Positions 50,836 through 60,472 are shown, counted from the stretch's first letter. The stretch: 64,000 bases of DNA from Alphaproteobacteria bacterium (GCA_964291285.2 OZ219787.1:2112001-2176000), one strand, 5' to 3'. Notes: generated from the letters alone by a model not told the origin. Numbers and translations: made by a program.

Positions 50836-51016
50836 AATCTCTCCGCGCGGCGCCGCCTTGCGGCCGGAGAGCCACACTCCTCTTGCGTCACCCCGGACGG
50901 CGTGCCAGTGCCGAGCCGGGGCTTCCGGACGAAGGGAGGCCCTTGCTGCACGAGGCCCCGGATCGGGGTCCAGGGTGGCCAAATGGGGCGCGGAGCGCGG
51001 CGTGGCAGGGCCGGAT

Positions 51017-51111
51017 TGGCGGAGGAGAGTGGGAGTCGAACCCACCTGGCAGCGATACGCCGCCGCAGCGGTTTTGAAGACCGAGCCGGCCACCGGACCG
51101 GATTCCCCTCC
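51017..51111 (-). tRNA. selC: tRNA-Sec (anticodon UCA)
   Basis: 95 nt, 8-bp acceptor stem GGAGGGGA/TCTCCTCC, CTTCAAA anticodon loop, long variable arm, GTTCGACTC T-loop, GCCA end. Confidence 0.96.
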
Positions 51112-51146
51112 GCAACCCGATTAGTGGCAAGTCCGGACGGGGCGGG

Positions 51147-52142
51147 TCAAGCGACGAAGAGCGGGCGCAGCCTCGCCTTCTCCTCCGGACCGCACCAGGC
51201 GCCTTCCAGCGCGGCGGCTGCAAGCTTGCAAATCTCGGCGCGGCTGAAGCCGAACACGTCCATGAGCACGGCATATTCCCCGGCGAGGCTGTTGTGGAAC
51301 ATGCCCGGATCGTCGGTGTTGACCGTGATGTTGAGCCCGCGCTCCCAGTAGCGGCGCACCGGATGGTCCTCGATCCGCCCGATGACGCCGGTGGCGAGGT
51401 TGGAGAGCGGGCAGAGTTCCAGCACGACGCCGCTCTCAGCCAGGAGATCGACGACGGCCTCGTCCTCCTCGGCGCGCAGCGCATGGCCGATGCGGTCCAC
51501 CCCGAGCGCCTCGACCGCGCCGCGGACGCTCGCCGCACCGGCCGCCTCTCCGGCGTGGGCGCTGGTCCTGAGCCCCGCCCTGCGGGCCTCTTCATAGACC
51601 GGCGCAAAGGGTTCGGGCGGATAGAGATGCTCCGAGCCGCCGATGCCGATGCCGGGAATGCCGGCGTCGCCCGCAACCTCGACGATCTCCGCCAGCGTGA
51701 CGGCCGCGTTTTCGGGCCCGAGGTCGCGGACGAGATCGGCAATCAGGTAAAGCATCACCTCCGGCACCCGGTCGAAGCCGCTGCGGATGGCCATGGCGAG
51801 GCGGGCGGGCGTCAGGCCCCGGTCCGCGAACCGGGCGGGCGAGAAGAACAGCTCCGCATAGCGGATGTTCTGGCGCGCAAGGTCCGTCGCGACGGCTTCG
51901 GCAATAAAGGTGAAGTCGTCATAGCTCCTGAGAAATCCGTTCTTCCAAATCCAGCTATCGATGAAGGCCGGGAAATCGGGATAGGTCAGGCGCTCCCTCA
52001 GCGCTTCCACGGTCGGGATGGCGGGGTCCCCGCCGGCGGCCCGGATCAGCTCGAACAGCGCCGGCAGCGGAATGGCGCCTTCCAGATGCAGGTGCAGCTC
52101 CACCTTCGGCAAGGCGGCGAGCCAGTCGTCACGCTCCGTCAT
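51147..52142 (-). CDS. add: Adenosine/adenine deaminase
   Basis: 'ELHLHLEG', HAGE, RIGH, CPLSN, NTDDP. Confidence 0.9.
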   Translation of the reverse strand: MTERDDWLAALPKVELHLHLEGAIPLPALFELIRAAGGDPAIPTVEALRERLTYPDFPAFIDSWIWKNGFLRSYDDFTFIAEAVATDLARQNIRYAELFFSPARFADRGLTPARLAMAIRSGFDRVPEVMLYLIADLVRDLGPENAAVTLAEIVEVAGDAGIPGIGIGGSEHLYPPEPFAPVYEEARRAGLRTSAHAGEAAGAASVRGAVEALGVDRIGHALRAEEDEAVVDLLAESGVVLELCPLSNLATGVIGRIEDHPVRRYWERGLNITVNTDDPGMFHNSLAGEYAVLMDVFGFSRAEICKLAAAALEGAWCGPEEKARLRPLFVA

Positions 52143-52375
52143 TCAGCCAGTCCTTCCGACGACGGGCCCGGCGGCGTCCCTGGCCCGTCGGGATTGACCG
52201 CCAGGAACGCCGCCGCCAGCGCCAGGAAGACCGCGAGCGCCAGCGCGAGGCGGCGGCGCTGCCATGCCGTGTCGGTGTGCGGGCGCTTCTTTGCGCGTAC
52301 GAGCTTCACCCCTGCATCCACCGCAATGCCGAGCGCGATGAGGACGACAAGGGCGAGAATCTGGTGAAGCGCCAT
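52139..52375 (-). CDS. Small two-TM hypothetical membrane protein
   Basis: 78 aa, two hydrophobic helices, stop overlaps the deaminase ATG. Confidence 0.6.
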   Translation of the reverse strand: MALHQILALVVLIALGIAVDAGVKLVRAKKRPHTDTAWQRRRLALALAVFLALAAAFLAVNPDGPGTPPGPSSEGLAE

Positions 52376-52383
52376 CGCCCCGC

Positions 52384-53511
52384 TCAGGTGTCGGGGGCGA
52401 ATACGTCGCGCGTATGCGCGCCGAGCGCAGGCGCCGCGCTGCGGACCGGCGGCCGCTCGCCGTCCAGGCTCACCGGCAGGCCGAGCAGGGGATAGCCGGT
52501 TTCCGGCTCCGTCAGCATGGCGCCGAGCGCCGCCGTCTGCGGATCGTCGGCCGCCTCGCTCACCTTGTTGATCGGCGCATGGGGCACGCCCGCCGCCTCC
52601 AGCGCCGCCTGCCATGCGGCGCGCGGCCGGGTCAGCAGGGCGAGCTGGATGAGCGGGATCAGCGCCGCGCGGTTCGTCAGCCGGTCCCGCACCGTGGCGA
52701 AGCGGGCGTCCCTGCCCCATTCCGGCCGGCCCAGCACGGCGCAGAGCCGCTGGTAGAGCCGGTCATTGCCGGCCGCGATCATGACCGGGTCGGTCGCCGT
52801 CCCGAACACCTGGTAGGGGGTCAGCATCGAGTTGCCATTGCCCTGGCGCTCCGGCTCGCGGCCGGTGAACAGATAGTCGGAAAGCGGCTGATAGACCCAG
52901 CCGAGGCCGGTCTCGAAGAGCGAGACATCGACCCGCCCGCCCCTGCCGGTCCGCTCCCGCCGGCGGAGCGCGGCAAGGATGCCGATGACGGCCCACATCG
53001 CGGTGCCCGGATCGACGATCGAGACGCCGGCGCGCATGGGCGGCCCCTCCACCGGCCCGTTCATCGCCATGACGCCGGCATAGGCATGGGCGAGCGGCTC
53101 GTATCCGGGCTTCGAGGCAAGCGGCCCGGTGCGCCCGAACGCGCCGACCTCGCAATAGACGAGGCGCGGATTGCGGGCCTCGAGCGCCGCATGGCCGATG
53201 CCCAGGGTTTCGGCGAGGCCGGGGCGCAGATTGTGAAGCAGCACATCCGCCCGCTCGACGAGCTCAAGGAAGCGGGCGAGCGCCGCCTCCTCCTTGAAGT
53301 CCACCACCGCCGAGCGCTTGTTGCGGTTGAGTATGTGGAAGGCGAGCGGGTGGCGCTCGCCGTCTCTCTCGACGAACCAGAAGCGGGCGTCGTCGCCGCC
53401 CGGCTTCTCGATCTTGATGACGTCGGCGCCGAGATCGGCGAGGATCGTGCCCGCATAGGGGCCGGCGATGTTCTGGCCGATCTCGATGACGGTGAGGCCG
53501 GAAAGCGGCAT
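52384..53511 (-). CDS. CaiB/BaiF family III CoA-transferase
   Basis: 'AGPY...LADLGADVIKIE', 'NRNKRS', 'APALGAHT'. Confidence 0.93.
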   Translation of the reverse strand: MPLSGLTVIEIGQNIAGPYAGTILADLGADVIKIEKPGGDDARFWFVERDGERHPLAFHILNRNKRSAVVDFKEEAALARFLELVERADVLLHNLRPGLAETLGIGHAALEARNPRLVYCEVGAFGRTGPLASKPGYEPLAHAYAGVMAMNGPVEGPPMRAGVSIVDPGTAMWAVIGILAALRRRERTGRGGRVDVSLFETGLGWVYQPLSDYLFTGREPERQGNGNSMLTPYQVFGTATDPVMIAAGNDRLYQRLCAVLGRPEWGRDARFATVRDRLTNRAALIPLIQLALLTRPRAAWQAALEAAGVPHAPINKVSEAADDPQTAALGAMLTEPETGYPLLGLPVSLDGERPPVRSAAPALGAHTRDVFAPDT

Positions 53512-53614
53512 GGGCGGCTGCGCTCCTGCTGTTCCCGCCGGTGCGCGGGGCGGAAAGCCTTGACCCCGGCGCCGGCTGGCGATTCGATGGCCGGGACCTT
53601 AGCAGGGGCGTTTC

Positions 53615-54868
53615 ATGGAGCCTAGAAAACTGACCGCAAGCCTCTTCGACGAGCTCGCCGAAGCCACCCATGACGGCGTCGGCATCACCCGGGCGAGCTA
53701 CGGCGAGGGCGAGGCGTTCGCGCACGGAGCGGTCGCGCGCGCGGCCCGCACCCTCGGCCTCGAAGTGGAAACGGACCCGGCCTGCAACACCTACATGACC
53801 TTGCCGGGCGCCGACCGCGCCGCCCCGCCGGTCGTCATCGGCTCGCATCTCGATTCGGTGGCCGAGGGCGGCAATTTCGACGGCGCGGCGGGCGTGGTCG
53901 CCGGGCTGGCGGCGATCGCCTCGCTGCAGCAAGGCGGGACCGCGCCCGGCCGCGACATCCGCGTCATGGGCATCCGCGCCGAGGAGAGCGCCTGGTTCGG
54001 CACCTCCTATATCGGCAGCCGGGCCGCACTGGGCGCGCTGCCGCCGGGCGCGACGGAGACCGCGCGGCGGGCCGACACCGGGCGCACCTTGGCCGAGCAC
54101 ATGCGCGGGGCGGGCGGCGACCCGGACGCGCTCGACCCGCCCTTCCTCGACGCCGCCCGCCTGCATGCCTTCCTGGAGGTGCATATCGAGCAGGGCCCGG
54201 TGCTGGTCGAGCAGGGCCTGCCGGTCGGCATCGTCACCGGCATACGCGGCAACCGCCGCCTGCCGGCCGCGCGCTGCCTCGGCGCCTACAGCCATTGCGG
54301 CGGCATGCCGAGGCGCTCGCGCCAGGACGCGGTGATGGCCACAATGGACCTGATTGCGTGGCTCGACGCGCTCTGGGACGAGCGCGAGGCGGCGGGGGAG
54401 GATTTCGCCTTCACCGTCGGCAAGCTCGCCACCGACCCCGACCGCCACGCCATGACCATCGTGCCGGGCGAATGCCGCTTCTCGCTCGACATGCGCTCGC
54501 TGGACGCTGCGTTCCTCGACGATCTGGAAGGCCGGGTCGCGGCGGCGGCGCGGGAGATCGAGGCCCGCCGGGGCGTCGCCTTCGAGCTGGGCGAACCGAC
54601 GCGCGCCGCCCCCGGCGTGCTGGACGAGTCCATCCGCGCCGGGCTGCTCGACTGCGCCCGGAGCCTCGGCGTGCCGCATAACGAGATGGCGAGCGGGGCC
54701 AGCCACGACTCGGCCGCCTTCGCCGCGGCCGGGGTGCCGACCGCCATGCTGTTCGTGCGCAATCCGAACGGCAGCCACAATCCCGACGAGGCGATGGAGC
54801 TCGACGACTTCATGGCCGCCGTGAGCATACTCACCCGCTGGCTCGCCACCGAAGGAGCGCGCGCATGA
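53615..54868 (+). CDS. M20 Zn amidohydrolase (allantoate amidohydrolase / N-carbamoylase family)
   Basis: 'GSHLDSV..GG.FDG..G', AEES, 'EVHIEQGP', 'SGASHD', 'SHNPDE'. Confidence 0.93.
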   Translation: MEPRKLTASLFDELAEATHDGVGITRASYGEGEAFAHGAVARAARTLGLEVETDPACNTYMTLPGADRAAPPVVIGSHLDSVAEGGNFDGAAGVVAGLAAIASLQQGGTAPGRDIRVMGIRAEESAWFGTSYIGSRAALGALPPGATETARRADTGRTLAEHMRGAGGDPDALDPPFLDAARLHAFLEVHIEQGPVLVEQGLPVGIVTGIRGNRRLPAARCLGAYSHCGGMPRRSRQDAVMATMDLIAWLDALWDEREAAGEDFAFTVGKLATDPDRHAMTIVPGECRFSLDMRSLDAAFLDDLEGRVAAAAREIEARRGVAFELGEPTRAAPGVLDESIRAGLLDCARSLGVPHNEMASGASHDSAAFAAAGVPTAMLFVRNPNGSHNPDEAMELDDFMAAVSILTRWLATEGARA

Positions 54869-55818
54869 CCCGCATCGCCATTCTCGACGACTACCAGGGC
54901 ATCGCGCTCTCCATGGCGGACTGGGACAGCCTGCCGGACGGCTGCCAGGTCGAGGTCTTCCACGACCATGTGGCGGACCCGGCGGTGGTGGCCGACCGGC
55001 TGAGGGACTTCGAGATCGTGTGCATCATGCGCGAGCGCACGCCCTTCCGGCGCGAGCTCATCTCCCGCCTGCCGAAGCTCAGGCTGCTGGTGACGACGGG
55101 CATGCGCAACGCTGCGGTGGATGTGGCGGCGGCGCGCGAGCAGGGCGTCACCGTCTGCGGCACCGCCGGCAGCGCACACACCACGCCCGAGCTCACCTGG
55201 GGCCTGATCCTGGCGCTCCAGCGCCATATCCCCGCCGAGGACCGGGCGATGAAGGCCGGCGCCTGGCAGACGACCGTCGGGCGCGGGCTCGCGGGCGCCA
55301 CGCTCGGCCTGCTGGGGCTCGGGCGGCTGGGTTCCGAGGTCGCGCGGGTCGGGCATGTGTTCCGCATGAACATCATCGCCTGGAGCCAGAACCTGACGGA
55401 CGAGCGCACGGCCGGGCACGGCGTCACCCGCGTCGGGAAGGACGAGCTGTTCCGGCAGTCGGACGTGCTGTCGATCCACACGCTGCTGAGCGGGCGCACG
55501 CGGGGGCTGGTCGGCGCGCGCGAGCTCGCCCTGATGAAGCCCTCGGCCGTGCTGGTGAACACCTCGCGCGGCCCGATCGTGGACGAGGCGGCGCTGGTGG
55601 ACGCGCTCCGCAACCGCACCATCGCCGGCGCCGGCCTCGACGTGTACGACACCGAGCCGCTGCCCCGCGGCCACCCGCTCAGGAGCCTCGACAACGCCGT
55701 GCTGACGCCGCATCTGGGCTATGTGACGACGGACACCTTCGCGGTCATGTATCCGCAGACGCTCGAATGCGTGCAGGCCTGGCTGGCCGGGAGCCCGGTG
55801 CGCGTCATCTCCGGGTGA
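54865..55818 (+). CDS. D-2-hydroxyacid dehydrogenase family protein
   Basis: 'ILDDYQ', MRERT, GLGRLG, 'NTSRG', 'TPHLGY'. Confidence 0.93.
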   Translation: MTRIAILDDYQGIALSMADWDSLPDGCQVEVFHDHVADPAVVADRLRDFEIVCIMRERTPFRRELISRLPKLRLLVTTGMRNAAVDVAAAREQGVTVCGTAGSAHTTPELTWGLILALQRHIPAEDRAMKAGAWQTTVGRGLAGATLGLLGLGRLGSEVARVGHVFRMNIIAWSQNLTDERTAGHGVTRVGKDELFRQSDVLSIHTLLSGRTRGLVGARELALMKPSAVLVNTSRGPIVDEAALVDALRNRTIAGAGLDVYDTEPLPRGHPLRSLDNAVLTPHLGYVTTDTFAVMYPQTLECVQAWLAGSPVRVISG

Positions 55819-55921
55819 GGGCAGCGCCGGCATCCGGGCGCAATACGGGGCTTTGAGGGGGAAAATCCGGGTCCGGGAGCGCCCCCTCACGGGCGGCGGG
55901 ATGCGGGGCAGTTCTTTTTTC

Positions 55922-56180
55922 CTTGCTTTTATTCCTGTATGTTCTATATATACCCTCATGGAGCTTGGAAACGGGCCGGAGGGAGACATGACCTGACGGG
56001 TCGGCGGCGTGACGCCGGGCACGATTTTTCCATGAGGGCTGCGGACCGGAAGGGGGGCGGCCGACCAACAGGAGAGGTGCGCGCGCCGCATGGCGGAATT
56101 GCGGTCGGGCTCGAGGAAAACCGGCGGTTTTTTCCCTTCAGGCTCGACCGGCAACGGCGGTTTTTTTCAATCGGGCTCGC
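55922..56180 (+). promoter_or_regulatory. Promoter + RBS + ATG-ACC-TGA minigene leader (copy B) with tandem U-tract repeats
   Basis: CTTGCT..CCTGTATGTTCTATATATACCCTC..GGAGGGAGACATGACCTGA; IR CCCTCATGGA/TCCATGAGGG; two 33-bp units containing CGGCGG-T6/7. Confidence 0.6.
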
Positions 56181-56218
56181 CCCGTCGCGGCGGCGGAGCC
56201 GGAAGCGGAGGAGAAGCG

Positions 56219-56653
56219 ATGACGGATGAATCGACGAGGGCGCGGGCGGCCGCCCTGCCGGCGCCGAGGAGGGGCAGCCCGGTAGGCGAGGAGCTGCGGG
56301 CGCTCGCGGTCGCGGCGGTGCTGCGCGACGGGCAGAGCGTCGCCGAGGCGGCCCGGCGCTTCGGGCTGGGGGAGACGACGATCCGCGGCTGGATGAAGCG
56401 CTTTCGCGAGCGCGGCCATGTGCGGCCTGACTCGATGGGCGGCAGCGTCTCGCGGATCGGGCGCGCGCGGGAGCGCATCTTCAGCATCCTGGCGGAGCGC
56501 CCGGGGCTTTCCCTGACCGGGCTGCGCGATGCGCTCGCCGCCGAGGGCCTCGTGTTCGCGGTCTCCACGGTGCATCGCTTCCTGAAGCGCCACGGCATCG
56601 ACCGCAAAACCCGCCCCGCCCGCGGCCGGGGCAAGCGGGGCAGCGGGCGGTAA
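56219..56653 (+). CDS. IS630 transposase N-terminal-like double HTH protein lacking a catalytic domain
   Basis: 'ELRA.AV..V...G.SVAEAARRFGLG.TTIRGW..RFRERG...P...GG' plus 'L.GLRD.L...G...AVSTVHRFLKRHGI'; GGAGG RBS. Confidence 0.75.
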   Translation: MTDESTRARAAALPAPRRGSPVGEELRALAVAAVLRDGQSVAEAARRFGLGETTIRGWMKRFRERGHVRPDSMGGSVSRIGRARERIFSILAERPGLSLTGLRDALAAEGLVFAVSTVHRFLKRHGIDRKTRPARGRGKRGSGR

Positions 56654-56689
56654 CGGGCGGCGGGCTGCTTTTTTGCCGTCGCCCTGCCC

Positions 56690-56804
56690 CCACCGGCAGG
56701 CTCCCCCTCGCAAGCGAAGGAAAGGGGAATTGGGAGGCGCCGCCGGTGACTATGACCCTCTCCCTCGGGGAGAGGGCTGGGTGAGGGCCGCGCGAAGCGC
56801 GGAA
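56690..56804. repeat. REP-like palindrome doublet, copy 2
   Basis: CCCTCTCCCTCGGGGAGAGGGCTGGGTGAGGGCCGCGCGAAGCGCGGAA at 56756-56804 matches copy 1. Confidence 0.75.
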
Positions 56805-56860
56805 TGGCGGGGCGGCGCAAAGGGGCTTTCGTGCGTGGCCGCTCTCGCTATGGTCGCGCC

Positions 56861-59800
56861 ATGAGCGATTCGGACGCGCAGACCGAACGGCAGAAGGACA
56901 GTATCGACGCTGCTGAAGTCGATACCTTCATTGAGCGGTGGGAGAAATCCGGCGGCTCGGAATCGGCGAATTTCCAGATGTTCGCCGGCGAACTCTGCGA
57001 CCTTCTCGGCCTGCCGAGGCCCGATCCCTCGGAAGAGCGGAACGAATACAACGACTACACCTTCGAGCGGCGCATCGACTTCAAGCACGACAACGGCACT
57101 ACCAGTCCGGGATGGATCGACCTCTACCTGCGCGGCTGCTTCGTCATGGAGGCAAAGCAATCCGCCAAGCAAAGAGCGAAGAAGACCGCCGACCCCCGCC
57201 AGACGGACATGCTTCCCGAAGACGCGATGCAGGTGAAGGCCGGCACGGCGACGCGCGGCACGCGCGGCTGGGACGGGGCGATGCGCGCCGCCAAGCGGCA
57301 GGCGGAGGACTATGCCCGCGCCCTGCCGGAGGAGCATGGCTGGCCGCCTTTCGTCCTGGTCGTCGATGTCGGGCATGTCTTCGAGGTCTATGCCGATTTC
57401 TCCGGCCAGGGGAAAAACTATGCCCAATTCCCGGATCGGGAGGGCTATCGCATTCCGCTCGAAAGCCTGCGCGACCCGGAGGTCCGCGCCCGGCTCCGCG
57501 CGGTCTGGACCGACCCGCACTCGCTCGACCCCGTCCGGCGGAGCGCCGAGGTCACGCGCGAAATCGCCGAGCGCCTCGCCCGCATCGCCCGCAGCCTGGA
57601 GGACCGGGGGCGCCACCCCGAGGAGGTCGCCGAATTCCTGATGCGCTGCCTGTTCACCATGTTCGCCGAGGATGTCGGCCTGCTGCCGGAAAAGGGTTTC
57701 GAGACGCTGCTGGGCGATATGGTCGATACGCCGCAGCATTTCGCGCCGGCGCTGGAGGGCCTGTGGCAGGTCATGGACGAGGGCGGCTACGCCCCGCACC
57801 TGAACGCGACGGTGAGGCGCTTCAACGGCTCGCTCTTTAGCAAACGCACGGCGATTCCGCTGGAGGCGGACGAAATCGGCGAACTCCGGATCGCCGCCGG
57901 GCGCGACTGGCGCCATGTGGAGCCGGCCATTTTCGGCGCTTTGCTGGAACGCGCGCTGGACAAGCGGGAGCGCGCCAGACTCAATGCCCATTACACGCCG
58001 CGCGCCTATGTGGAGCGGCTGGTCGTGCCGACGATCATCGAGCCGCTGCGCGCCGACTGGGAGGCAGCGCTGGCGGAGGCCCATGCGCTGGACGAGGCGG
58101 GGGACCGCAACGCCGCGCTCGAGAGGGTCAAGGAATTCCACCACGCGCTTTGCACGACCCGCGTGCTGGACCCCGCCTGCGGCACCGGCAATTTCCTCTA
58201 TGTCTCGCTGGAGTTGATGAAGCGGCTCGAAGGCGAGGCGCTGGATGCGCTGGAGGGGCTGGGCGAGGACGCGCCGCGCTTCGTCATGGAGGGGGAGACC
58301 GTCGGCCCGCGCCAGTTTTACGGGCTGGAGCTCAACCCGCGCGCCGTCGCCATCGCCGATCTGGTGCTGTGGCTCGGCTACCTGAAATGGCAGCTTCGCA
58401 CCTTCCCGCCGGACCGGCTCGCCGAGCCCGTGCTGCACGCCTACGGCACGATCCGGGAGCAGGATGCGGTTCTGGCCTGGGACAGGCAGGAGCTTCTTTG
58501 CGACGAAAAGGGCAGGCCGCTTTCCCGCTGGGACGGCGTGACCGTGAAGCTGCATCCGGTCACCGGGGAGGAGGTTCCCGACCCGGACGCGCAAGTGGAA
58601 CTCTACCGCTACGAAAACCCGCGCCCGGCCGAGTGGCCGGAGGCGGAATTCGTCGTCGGCAACCCGCCCTTCGTCGGCGGCCTGAACATGCGCAGGGAAT
58701 TGGGCGACGGCTACGCCGAAGCCTGCCGGGAGGCCCGTAAGAAGATTCCCGGCGGCGCGGATTTCGTCATGCATTTCTGGGACGAGGCCGCGACCCGCCT
58801 GCTGCGGAAGCCGAAGAAGGGGCAGCCGAACCCGCTGCGCCGCTTCGGTTTCATCACCACCAATTCGGTGACGCAGACCTTTTCCCGGCGCGTGATCGAG
58901 CGGCATATGGCGGCGAAGGAGCCTCTGGCGCTGGCCTGGGCTGTGCCGGACCATCCATGGCTGAAGGCAGCAGACAAGGCAGCGGTGCGCATCGCCATGA
59001 CCGTTGCAGCGCGCGGCGGAAGCGAAGGCCGGCTGGCGACGGTTGAGCGGGAAGACGGGCTCAACACGGATACGCCGCTTGTCGAACTGAAGGAGCGGAC
59101 CGGAAGGATCGCCGGCAACCTGAAAATCGGCGCGGACATCACGGCGGTCCGGCCACTATTGGCGAACGATCTGGTTTCCAGTCCCGGCGTCAAGCTGCAT
59201 GGCGAAGGCTTCAAAGTTACGCCGCGACAGGCGGAGGCTCTCGGTCTCGGCACGGTGCCGGGACTTGAAGATTATATCCTGCCCTACCGCAACGGCCAGG
59301 ACATCGCCGGGCACCCGCGGGGCCTCATGGTGATCGACCTGTACCTGTTGGCGGCGGATGAAGTCCGTGAGCGGTTCCCGAAAGTTTATCAGCATGTCGT
59401 CGATCATGTGAAGCCGGATCGGGACCAGAACAACCGGCAGACCTATCGCGAGAATTGGTGGATTTTCGGCGAACCCCGTTCCGAATTAAGGCCGGTTCTG
59501 GAGCCGCTGAGCCGCTATATCGCAACGGCTGAAACATCGAAGCATCGGTTCTTCCAGTTTCTCACTGCGGATATCCGGCCCGATAATCGGTTGATTTGCA
59601 TCGGAACGTCCAAGTCTTGGTATTTGGCCATTCTTTCTTCCAGAATACACATAATTTGGACCTTGGCAGTGGGCGGGTTACTCGAGGACCGCCCGATTTA
59701 TACGAAGAGTTCAACGTTTTCTCCGTTTCCGTTTGCGTTGGAATGTGCAGAAGACCGTTTGAACTTACTAGGCGAGCGCCTCGATACCTTCCGCAAGGAG

Positions 59801-60472
59801 CGGTTTGCCGAGAATGATTTTCTCACCATGACCTCGCTCTACAATGTGCTGGAGCGGGTGCGGGAGCTTGAGAGCGGTTACGAGGTTCCGGCCCTCACGC
59901 CGAAGGAGCGGGACATCCACGAAGCCGGGCTGGTGTCGGTCCTGAAGGAGATCCACGACGACATAGACCGCGCCGTCTTCGAGGCTTACGGCTGGGCCGA
60001 CCTCGCGCCCGCGCTGGTCGGCAGGCCGGGCGCCACGATGCCCTCGCCGCACAAGACGCCGCAGCAGGAGCAGGCGGAGGAGGAATTGCTCGCCCGCCTC
60101 GTCGCGCTGAACCGGGAGCGGGCGGAAGAGGAGCAGGGCGGCGCCGTCCGTTGGCTGCGGCCGGACTACCAGATACCGAGGCTCGGCCATAAGGCGAAGG
60201 GCGCGCAAGTGGAGGCGGACCTTGCCACGCCGGAAGCCGCCGCCGGCAAACCGGCATGGCCGAGGGAGGAACTGGCCCGCATCCGCGCGCTCCGCGACAT
60301 GCTGGACCGCGCCGCCGCCCCCGCTAACGCGGAGACATTGAGCGCGGCTTTCAAAGGCAAGGATTCGCCCCGCCGGCGGAAAGCGGTGGAAAAGGCCCTC
60401 GAAACCCTCGCCGCCGCCGGCGCGGCGCAACGGACGGCGGACGGAGAGGGCCGCTATTTCATTCCCCGGTAG
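56861..60472 (+). CDS. MmeI-like single-chain restriction-modification enzyme (type IIL/IIG)
   Basis: N-terminal 'GWIDLY..GCFVMEAKQ' nuclease, 'HYTPR', LDPACGTGNFL, GNPPF, then TRD region. Confidence 0.92.
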   Translation: MSDSDAQTERQKDSIDAAEVDTFIERWEKSGGSESANFQMFAGELCDLLGLPRPDPSEERNEYNDYTFERRIDFKHDNGTTSPGWIDLYLRGCFVMEAKQSAKQRAKKTADPRQTDMLPEDAMQVKAGTATRGTRGWDGAMRAAKRQAEDYARALPEEHGWPPFVLVVDVGHVFEVYADFSGQGKNYAQFPDREGYRIPLESLRDPEVRARLRAVWTDPHSLDPVRRSAEVTREIAERLARIARSLEDRGRHPEEVAEFLMRCLFTMFAEDVGLLPEKGFETLLGDMVDTPQHFAPALEGLWQVMDEGGYAPHLNATVRRFNGSLFSKRTAIPLEADEIGELRIAAGRDWRHVEPAIFGALLERALDKRERARLNAHYTPRAYVERLVVPTIIEPLRADWEAALAEAHALDEAGDRNAALERVKEFHHALCTTRVLDPACGTGNFLYVSLELMKRLEGEALDALEGLGEDAPRFVMEGETVGPRQFYGLELNPRAVAIADLVLWLGYLKWQLRTFPPDRLAEPVLHAYGTIREQDAVLAWDRQELLCDEKGRPLSRWDGVTVKLHPVTGEEVPDPDAQVELYRYENPRPAEWPEAEFVVGNPPFVGGLNMRRELGDGYAEACREARKKIPGGADFVMHFWDEAATRLLRKPKKGQPNPLRRFGFITTNSVTQTFSRRVIERHMAAKEPLALAWAVPDHPWLKAADKAAVRIAMTVAARGGSEGRLATVEREDGLNTDTPLVELKERTGRIAGNLKIGADITAVRPLLANDLVSSPGVKLHGEGFKVTPRQAEALGLGTVPGLEDYILPYRNGQDIAGHPRGLMVIDLYLLAADEVRERFPKVYQHVVDHVKPDRDQNNRQTYRENWWIFGEPRSELRPVLEPLSRYIATAETSKHRFFQFLTADIRPDNRLICIGTSKSWYLAILSSRIHIIWTLAVGGLLEDRPIYTKSSTFSPFPFALECAEDRLNLLGERLDTFRKERFAENDFLTMTSLYNVLERVRELESGYEVPALTPKERDIHEAGLVSVLKEIHDDIDRAVFEAYGWADLAPALVGRPGATMPSPHKTPQQEQAEEELLARLVALNRERAEEEQGGAVRWLRPDYQIPRLGHKAKGAQVEADLATPEAAAGKPAWPREELARIRALRDMLDRAAAPANAETLSAAFKGKDSPRRRKAVEKALETLAAAGAAQRTADGEGRYFIPR

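Noticed and set aside
50600-51016. Genomic island integrated at selC
   Set aside because: No integrase and no duplicated tRNA 3' end found; downstream genes (P450, icd) have host-like composition.
56219-56800. Complete IS630 element with a frameshifted ORF B
   Set aside because: No DDE-like reading frame after 56653 and no IR pair with TA duplication identified.
59100-59880. Diversity-generating retroelement or shufflon acting on the R-M TRD
   Set aside because: No reverse transcriptase, template repeat, invertase or alternative TRD cassette in the window.
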